Of a DNA stretch of 64,000 bases, positions 55,523 through 64,000 are shown piece after piece. The stretch is from contig NC_043012.1 in assembly GCF_006345805.1 (NCBI RefSeq), positions 57,908,001 to 57,972,000 on the forward strand, written 5' to 3'. The DNA comes from Octopus sinensis. Its lineage: Eukaryota. Under the pieces are notes generated by a model. It did not search any database, had not been told where the DNA came from, and worked only from the letters and a program-made list of their open reading frames with translations. The position numbers and the translations under genes were made by a program. Position 1 is the stretch's first letter. Each line of letters starts with the position of its first letter.

Positions 55523-55991
55523 CTCCCCTTATACTCTGATTTTGGTGAGGCTTACGTATCACTGTCATAGCGATATTTCCAACGGAGAGACTTGTAAACT
55601 GTTATTGGGGGGTGGGGGACGAAAGAGATTTTGAGGCATCTTTCGTAAATATAGTTTGATGTTTCTGCCCCTACTAAATCACATTTAATATATTTTCATC
55701 CGAAAAGCGGCGAGTTGGCAGAGTCGTTAAAACGCCAGGCGAAATGCTTAGTAGTTTTCGCCTGTATTTACGTTCTGAGTTCAAATTCCGCCTAGGTCGA
55801 CTTTGCCTTTCATTTTTTCTAGGTCGATAAATTGCTTTTCATCCTTTCGGGGCCGATACTGGGGGGCGATCTAATCGACTGCCCCACTCCCCCAAAATTT
55901 CGGGTTTGTGCCTAGAGTAGAAAGGAATATATTTTTATCAGAAATGCGGTGCGCTGGTAGAATCATCAGTACATCGGATGAAATGCTTAGC

Positions 55992-56091
55992 NNNNNNNNN
56001 NNNNNNNNNNNNNNNNNNNNNNNNNNNNNNNNNNNNNNNNNNNNNNNNNNNNNNNNNNNNNNNNNNNNNNNNNNNNNNNNNNNNNNNNNNN
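55992..56091. other. Assembly gap (100 N)
   Basis: Run of exactly 100 N, a placeholder length; SINE fragments flank both sides. Confidence 0.99.
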
Positions 56092-57232
56092 TTATTCTTT
56101 GTAAGCCCAGTACTTATTCTATCGGTCTCTTTTGCCGAACGCTAAGTGACGGGGACATAAACAGACCGGCATCGGTTGTCAAGCAATGCTAGGGGGACAA
56201 ACACAGACACACAAACATACACGCACATACATATATATACATATATACGACGAGCTTCTTTCAGTTTCCGTCTACCAAATCCACTCACAAGGCTTTGGTT
56301 GGCCCGAGGCTGTAGTAGAAGACACATGCCCAAGGTGCCACACAATGGGACTGAACCCGGAACCATGTGGTTGGTAAACAAGCTACTTACCACACAGCCA
56401 CTCCTGCGCCTAATTATAAAGAACATTGAATCATAGAATTAATTGCCTGAAAATGAAAAGAACATTCCACTCATTACACAACTATGACTGTGGGATAAGA
56501 AGCTCGCTCTTTTTTTATGTGTGTGTGTTCTTGTCCTCCATGCCATTATGACAGCCGGTGGTGGTGTGATACAACCCTGTAACTTAGGGGTTCGACAAAA
56601 TGCCCATTAGAATTAGTACCAAGATTTAAATAAGAATAAGTAACAAAAAGTCTGCAAGGTTGTGTCCCAGAGTGGCCGCAGTCTGATTAGAACGTGTAAC
56701 AGAATATATACGTATACATAGCGTGTGTGTTTGTGTCTGAGTGTTTAAGTGCTGTGCTTAATGGTGTCTTTGTTTATGTCGGTAACTTGGTAGTTCTTAA
56801 ATAGAAGTTGATAAAATAAGAAGCAGAACTTTTAAGACACATAATGGCGTCGATGAGATTTAATACAAAAAAAAATGGAAAAAGGAAAAAATTGAAAATC
56901 ATCGTTCAAGTCTGAAAGGTGTCCAACGAGTGAAAAGAAAAAAAGAAAAATGCTAAATCGTATATATTTGTACACATACATACATACATACATACATACA
57001 TACATACATACATACATACATACATACATACACGAACATACACACACAAACACGCATGCACACATATGTATCTCTGTGTGTACATATATATATATACATA
57101 TGTATATATATGTATATATGTATATTTAAATAGGTATATATAAACATATACACATATATATATAAGAATGTATATAGCATAATATATATATATATACATA
57201 CATATATATATAAATATACATAAAGAAATATA

Positions 57233-57279
<47 letters not shown>

Positions 57280-57294
57280 ATATATATATATATA

Positions 57295-57424
57295 TACAAT
57301 AAATTTAGATTTAGGTTTATATAACATTTAATATATATATATATATGAATGTGTACATGCAAATGTATACACTTTATGTATGTGTATATGTATATATATA
57401 TATCCGAATATGTACATGCATATT

Positions 57425-57468
<44 letters not shown>

Positions 57469-57469
57469 C

Positions 57470-57504
<35 letters not shown>

Positions 57505-57710
57505 CTGTTGTAAATATGCATGTACATATTCGGATATATATATTATACATATATATATATATATGTGTGTGTGTGTAAATATGCAAGTACATATTCGGAT
57601 ATATATATTATACATAAACACATACATAAATGTGTATACATTTGCGTGTACACATTCATATATATATATATTAAATGTTTATATAAACCTAAATCTAAAT
57701 TTATTTGTAT
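57295..57710. repeat. Noisy inverted duplication of about 140 bp within an AT-rich array
   Basis: AAATTTAGATTTAGGTTTATATAAC...ATCCGAATATGTAC (57301-57430) recurs inverted at about 57566-57702. Confidence 0.8.
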
Positions 57711-57891
57711 ATGAATATATCTATATATATGTATACATACATAAATATGTATATATATACATGCATGTAAATTTTCTTATATATATAATATGCATATATA
57801 TATATATATATATATACATACATATAAACAACACTGGCACAAGCCCACTCACAACAAACAAAGACACACCATATATATATATATCTTTATA

Positions 57892-57949
<58 letters not shown>

Positions 57950-58319
57950 TATAAACACTGGCACACACACACACATATATAATGTATTTAAAATAGATGG
58001 AATATAAGATTATATATTATATATATATACACTTATAAACCTGGCACATATGCATATATACATATACATACGCAATATACATATATATATATATATACAG
58101 GTATGTGTATGTATATTTACTTGAAATGTGTTATACACACTATAGACCGAGTTAAACAAACTCTAATGTATAATCTGGAGTATGTTAAATATTAGGATAA
58201 TCATTTGATCAAACATTATATTCCTGAGTTAATGGAAATTACTAGGAATACAGTTAATTTATTCATCAATGACACAACGCCATTGATACTTGGGAAAATC
58301 TCGTGCAACATTGCTGTTA

Positions 58320-58378
58320 TTATCATCATCATCGTTATTATCATTTTCTTCTTCTTCTTCTTCTTCTTCTTCTTCTTC

Positions 58379-58418
<40 letters not shown>

Positions 58419-58449
58419 GTTGTTGTTGTTATTATTATTATTATTGTTG

Positions 58450-58502
<53 letters not shown>

Positions 58503-58520
58503 GCTATTATCATTATTATT

Positions 58521-58558
<38 letters not shown>

Positions 58559-58677
58559 TATTATTATTATTCTTATTAATATTGTTATTATTATTATTAT
58601 TGTTGTTGTTGTTATTATTATTATTATTATAGTAATAATAATAATAATAATTATTATTATTTTATGATTATTATTTA

Positions 58678-58712
<35 letters not shown>

Positions 58713-58760
58713 GTAGTAGTAGTAGTAGTAGTAGTATAATAATTATTATTATTATTGCTG
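58320..58760. repeat. Compound (TCA)(TCT)(TAT)(TGT)(TAA)(TAG) trinucleotide array
   Basis: Directly visible. Confidence 0.95.
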
Positions 58761-59823
58761 TTATAGTTGCTGGTATGCTGGTTTTTCTTCTGGGTTCTGT
58801 TGTATCTATTATTTTCGTTGATGTTCCTTTTGGTATTTTTTAGATATAATATACAGTTTTGAATGTTTGTGCATATTTCTTTGTCTTCGTGTTTGATGTG
58901 TGCATGTGTTTCAACATGCGTATGTAACTGTGCCTCTACGTGTACCCAACAAGTATATGTAAATATATATGTCTTTTTTTGCTCCTTCGTGAATGTTTTT
59001 TTCTTCTTGCAAGTGAATGCATGTGTGTGTTAACATGTGTGTACTTATACTATGCAAACGTAGCTATTCGTTTAGTTTTTCATATGTAATATGATCATAA
59101 TATGTATATATATATATATTTATTTATATACACTCATATATTATGTATATATATATATTATATATATATATATTATATATATACACTCGTACACACACGT
59201 ACACACACGCAATATATATATACATACACACTCGCATATAATATATAATAATATATAATATATCTAGTATATATATATATTATATATATATATATATGTA
59301 GTATGTATGTTATGTATTATGTATGCATATATGTACGTATGTATGTATGTATATTGCACAATCTTGTTAAGCTTAATTTTGTTTTTTTGAAGAAAATATA
59401 TATATAATGAAAATAGATCGGTAATAGTAAGAATGATTGTATAATATTCACTCGTTCGATAGCAAAAAAATAATTAAAAACAAAACAAAACAAAGCAAAA
59501 CATAAAACAACACTTTATTCACTAATATTTACAAAAAAAAAATCATAAGAAGCCACAAAAATCGTATTTTTATTTACTAATGTAAGTTAGACTCTTTCCG
59601 ATGCAGCTTGAATTGAGAAGCAGATGGCGTAAGATGCGCACAAATGCTAAAACCGTATGACTTTATTTTTGTTTTACAACTTGTCTTTTACCTTGAAATA
59701 TATTTATTTATCTATCTACTAATCACTCAGCTCATTTCTTTAACCACTCTTCTTTTCCAGTCTCTCTCTTTCACTCTCTCTCTCCCTCTCTCGCTGTCTT
59801 CAAATATATATATATATATATAT

Positions 59824-59864
<41 letters not shown>

Positions 59865-59927
59865 CACATAAATATATATATACATATATATACATATATA
59901 CATATATATATACATATATATATATGT

Positions 59928-59958
<31 letters not shown>

Positions 59959-60082
59959 ATGTATTTATATGTATATAATATATTTTATTCTATATATATG
60001 TGTGTGTGTGTGTGTGTGTATGTATTCACAGGCATATATATAAACCTATGTACGCATACATGCACATGGATATATATGATTG

Positions 60083-60139
<57 letters not shown>

Positions 60140-60289
60140 CCATGCACACATACACACACACACACACAAAAGCACATGCACATTTACACACGCGCACACA
60201 TTTTGCTGCACCTTTAAAAGAGTTTTTCTTTCATATTTCCGTTACTATAGTTATAGAATAAGAGAAACCTCTTAAATCAGGTGGTAAAT

Positions 60290-60480
60290 TCGTCTTAATC
60301 CGAGAAAACGACATAGTTTCTATTCCCAGGTGGCAGCAATAGCTGGTTAATACCCGGTGGGAAGATAAGAACGTGGCAAAGAATCCGGAGGTCAGCAGTG
60401 GAAAGCAGGAATGAGTTACAAAAATAGTTATGAAGATATGAGTGGTGAAGGTATGAGACCAGGGCGCTGCAAGGAAAAGA
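60290..60480 (-). mobile_element. Possible decayed CR1/L2-type LINE 3' end
   Basis: YFCNSFLLSTADL...IFPPGIN resembles the C-terminal NSFxPxTxxLWNxLP..FP motif of CR1/L2/Jockey ORF2. Confidence 0.4.
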
Positions 60481-60534
60481 GGCCATACTGCAAATATATT
60501 TATTGCATCTTAATATAATCTTTCTTGACAGAGT

Positions 60535-60966
60535 ATATTGTTTTCAAATTTTAGCACAAGGCCAGCAAGATCTTTGGAGGGTCTAAGTCGATTACATCGA
60601 CCCCGATGCTGAAGTGGTACTCATTTTATCTACCCTGAAAGGATGGAAATCAAATTTGTCCTCGGCAGAATTTGAACTCAGGACGTGAAGCCAGACGAAA
60701 TGCTGCTAAATATGTTCAGCTCGCTGTTTTCCTTGATACAGAATATATTAATCCGAAGGCGGTGAGCTGGCATACAGGTTAGCACGTCGGGCGAAATGCT
60801 TAGCTGCATTTCGTGTCATTATGCTCTGAGTTCAATTTCCGTCGATGTCGACTTTAACTTTCATCCTTTCGGGGCCAATAAGCTAAGTACCAGTTGTGTA
60901 CTGGAGTCGATCTAATCGACTGGCCCCTTCCCCCAAAATTTCGGGCCTTGTGCTTAGGAGTAGAAA
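60535..60966. mobile_element. Head-to-head pair of tail-B Meta-like SINEs
   Basis: About 60535-60728 (-) and 60756-60966 (+). The latter has TSD AGAATATATTAATCCG at 60740-60755 and 60967-60982. Confidence 0.8.
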
Positions 60967-61054
60967 AGAATATATTAATCCGTATTTTAGTGATAATAAA
61001 TTTAGCCTAGAAGAGTGAAATGAAAACTGGGCCTGGGCCCTTGTGTTCGTACTA

Positions 61055-62156
61055 TCAGGTCATCCCATAAGTTCTGCCCGATTGTACCTTTTTAAAAATT
61101 GAATGAAATTTAATAGTATTTTAGAATGTCTAATGGAATTTTAAAATATCTTTATGCATTTGTGTACATTTAAACTAATTAAATATTATTTTACAGAATA
61201 ATAGAATTAAATTTCTTTGATTAAAACCCTTTCTAACATGAAAGTATCCAAAGAGCATTTAAGATACACAATACTTTATGAGTACAAAAAAGGAAACTCT
61301 GCAGATGAAGCGACTCATACTACACAGTTTATGGGAAAGAATGCTTGAATGAAAGAACTTGCAGAAGATGGTTTGCAAAATTCAGAAGTGGAGATTTCAG
61401 CCTTGAAGATGAAAATCGAACAGGACGTTCAGTTGAGTTTGATGATAAGCTCCTTGAGGCATACTTGAAGAATATCCTGCATTATCAGTTGAAGAATCGG
61501 CAATAAAGATTAGTTCAAACCATACAACTGTTCATCATCATCTTCAATAACTTGGAATGGTTCCTAAACTTGGAAAATGAATGTCTCATGAATTGTCCGA
61601 AAGCAACCGCAAATCCCCGGTTGACATCTGCTCTTCTCTTCATTCTCGCGAACTCATTTCACCCGTTCTTGATAGACTTGTGACTGGTGACGAAAAATGG
61701 ATCTTGTATCGAAATGTTAAACGTTGTAAAAAGTGACTTGGGAAAAGGGAAATAGCTCAACCACAACCGAGAAAGGAACTTCATATAAAAAAATGTTCTT
61801 CTCTCTATCTGGTGGGATTGCAAAGGAGTAATTCTCTTTGAATTGTTACCACCTAATGGAACAATCAATGCTCAAGTCTGCTGTCAGCAATTAGAGCGTT
61901 TGAACCAAGCTTTGAAGAAAACAAAAGACCCACTTTAGTGAAACGAAAAGGAGTTCTGTTTCATCAGGACAATGCGCGATCCCATACTGCAAATATCACA
62001 TCACAGACGATCGAAGAACTTGGTTGGGAAAAAATTCCTCAACCACCCTATTCTCCCGACCTCGCTCCTTCAGACTACCATTTGTTTCATAGTTTACAGA
62101 ATCATTTGTGGGACATAACTTTCGCAAGCCAAGACAGAACATATGGGACGACCTGA
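61055..62156 (+). mobile_element. Near-full-length decayed mariner (DD34D)
   Basis: TA TSDs at 61053-61054 and 62157-62158; 24-bp TIR TCAGGTC(A/G)TCCCATA(A/T)GTTCTG(C/T)C; ATG at 61238 (MKVSKEHLRYTILYEYKKG), WFAKFRSGDFSLED, VTGDEKWILY, FHQDNARSH, PYSPDLAPSDYHLF. Has stops and frameshifts; the C-terminus is deleted. Confidence 0.92.
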
Positions 62157-62333
62157 TAGAAGTCAAAGCCAAGGGCTACTGAAACTAAATACTCTTAAAA
62201 TATCCATCATAGTAACATAGTGTCTTACTGACCAGGAATTGGCATGGTAAAAAACTAATAAAACTACACTTATAAAAAAAAAATAGCAGTCAAATAGCCT
62301 TCAATTTTAATACTATTATATTTGCAAGAAATA

Positions 62334-62718
62334 TCTCTCTATATATAAGCGGCAGTTTGTCTGTGTGTGTTTCTGTGTGTCTGTTTGGTTGTACCCTCAC
62401 CCTGACCACGGCTTTCAACCGATTCTGATGAAACTTGACACACACATAGCCCAATGTCATAATTCAAAACTAACGCAGCGAAAATTTTGAAAAGTTCCCC
62501 CAGTTCTGAAAAAAATCGATAAATTCGACATGGGGTCGAGAATCAGAAACACAAACCACAGACTGTCTAGGGGACGCAACTCGACCTTTTTTAACTCTCA
62601 AAAAAAATTTACCATCATTTTTTTTCCATTTTTTTGCTATTTTTTGGCTAAAACTCTCTAAAAATGCTTTATAGTTATTTCCCTTACAAACCTGAGCAAC
62701 GCCGGGCGATACTGCTAG
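62334..62718 (+). mobile_element. Non-autonomous Helitron, second copy
   Basis: A|TCTCTCT...CCTGAGCAACGCCGGGCGATACTGCTAG|T; colinear with 40111-40478. Confidence 0.8.
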
Positions 62719-62764
62719 TAAAGAATAAAAGCGAGTGAGGATACAATACACGATATAATCCTAG

Positions 62765-63108
62765 ACGGCGCATTGATCAGTGGTTAGAGCATCGGGCTCA
62801 CAATCGTGAGGTTGTGAGTTCGATTCCTGGACTGAGCTATGTGTTGTGTTCTTGAGCAAGACGCTTTATTTCATGTTGCTCCAGTTCACTCAGCTATAGA
62901 AATGAGCTGCGACGTCACCGGTGCCAAGCTTCAGCGACCTTTGCCATTCCTTTGGGTAACAACGGTGGTGTGAAGAGGGAAGCTGGTATGCATGGGCGAC
63001 TGTTGATCTTCCATAAACAAACTTATCTGGACTCATGCGTCGGAAGGAACTTTCTAGGTGCAATCCTATGGTCATTCGTGACTAAAAGGGGTATTTACCT
63101 TTTTACCC
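62765..63108 (+). mobile_element. tRNA-derived SINE (fourth family), full length
   Basis: Head GGCGCATTGATCAGTGGTTAGAGCATCGGGCTCACAATC, GAGTTCGATTCC; tail ...GGGGGTATTTACCTTTTTAC. Confidence 0.75.
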
Positions 63109-63309
63109 TAGACAAACTATGAGTGGTAAGAAAATTTCAAGAGAGCTGAACAGAAGAAGGTCTTCAGAGAAGAAACCCCAATCGGGCAAGTGTTTCAGCC
63201 CTTAATTTAATACACTCTAATGGAGTTGGGCCGCACCCAGGTCATGACTGTAAGGTACACTGCTGCTGATACTTTTTAGCCACTCATCAAGTTGTAACTG
63301 CTCTCCGTT

Positions 63310-63800
63310 GGCTCAGATTCTTTCAGTTTTTCCATCTACCGAAATGCAATCACAAGGCTTTGGTTAACCCGAGGCTATAGTAGAAGACGCTTGCCCAAGG
63401 TGCCACGCAGTAGGAGTGAACCCAGAACCATATGGTTGGGAAGCAAGCTTCTTATTTCTTTATTGCCCACAAGGAGCTAAACATAGGGGAGGGACAAACA
63501 AGGACAGACAAAGGGATTAAGTCGATTACATCAACCCTAGTGCGTAACTGGTACTTAATTTCCGCCGAGGTCTACTTTGCCTTTCATCCTTTCGGGGTCG
63601 ATAAATTAAGTACCAGTTACGCACTGGGGTCGATGTAATACCTATGTCTGTCCTTGTTTGTTCCCTCTGTGTTTAGCCCCTTGTAGGTAATAAAGAAATA
63701 GGTACTTAATTTATCAACCTCGAAAGAATGACCTCAGCGGAATTCGAACTCAGAACGTAAAGACAGACGAAATACCACACAGCCACGCTTGCTCCTATAG
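63310..63800 (-). mobile_element. Three-level SINE nest
   Basis: A CORE-like SINE (-) contains a tail-A SINE (-, 63453-63776), which contains a tail-A SINE (+, 63562-63700) with 12-bp TSD GGTACTTAATTT at 63550-63561 and 63701-63712. Confidence 0.85.
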
Positions 63801-64000
63801 GCAAGGAAGAAATGACGTTAGTTGTCATGGTAGCAGTGAAACGTCAACGCTATCACAAATAAGAAAATAAGAAACGTTGGAAACCAGTGGAACTCTTTTA
63901 GCGAGAGAGTTACACGATAAGCTTGAAATTGAACTACAGACCAGCGCAACCAGCAATAACTCCAACATGACCAAGGACCAACAACTAGATTTAAAATTCA

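Overview
AT-rich animal genomic DNA. The SINE repertoire, microsatellite load and a 100-N scaffold gap look like an octopus/coleoid cephalopod assembly; this is an inference from repeat sequence, not a database match. I cannot support any intact host protein-coding gene: almost all long ORFs in the track are translations of (AT)n, (CA)n, (GAT)n or (AAT)n repeats. The window is intergenic or intronic and holds: several tRNA-derived SINE families (Meta-domain-like with two alternative tails, CORE-like with an internal microsatellite, others); decayed LINE fragments (R4/Dong-type RLE elements, L1/Tx1, RTE, CR1/L2-like, Penelope-like); mariner and maT/Tc1 relics; two non-autonomous Helitrons; and a MITE with a 5-bp TSD. 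The most notable patterns are: (i) one SINE subfamily repeatedly inserted into other SINEs at an RGWA junction; (ii) R4/Dong relics sitting in (TAA)n tracts in a fixed orientation; (iii) a fold-back hairpin with 82-bp arms at about 37.0 kb; (iv) a possible decayed minimal hammerhead ribozyme at about 51.1 kb; (v) several inverted repeats and palindromes that may be real dsRNA sources or long-read artefacts.
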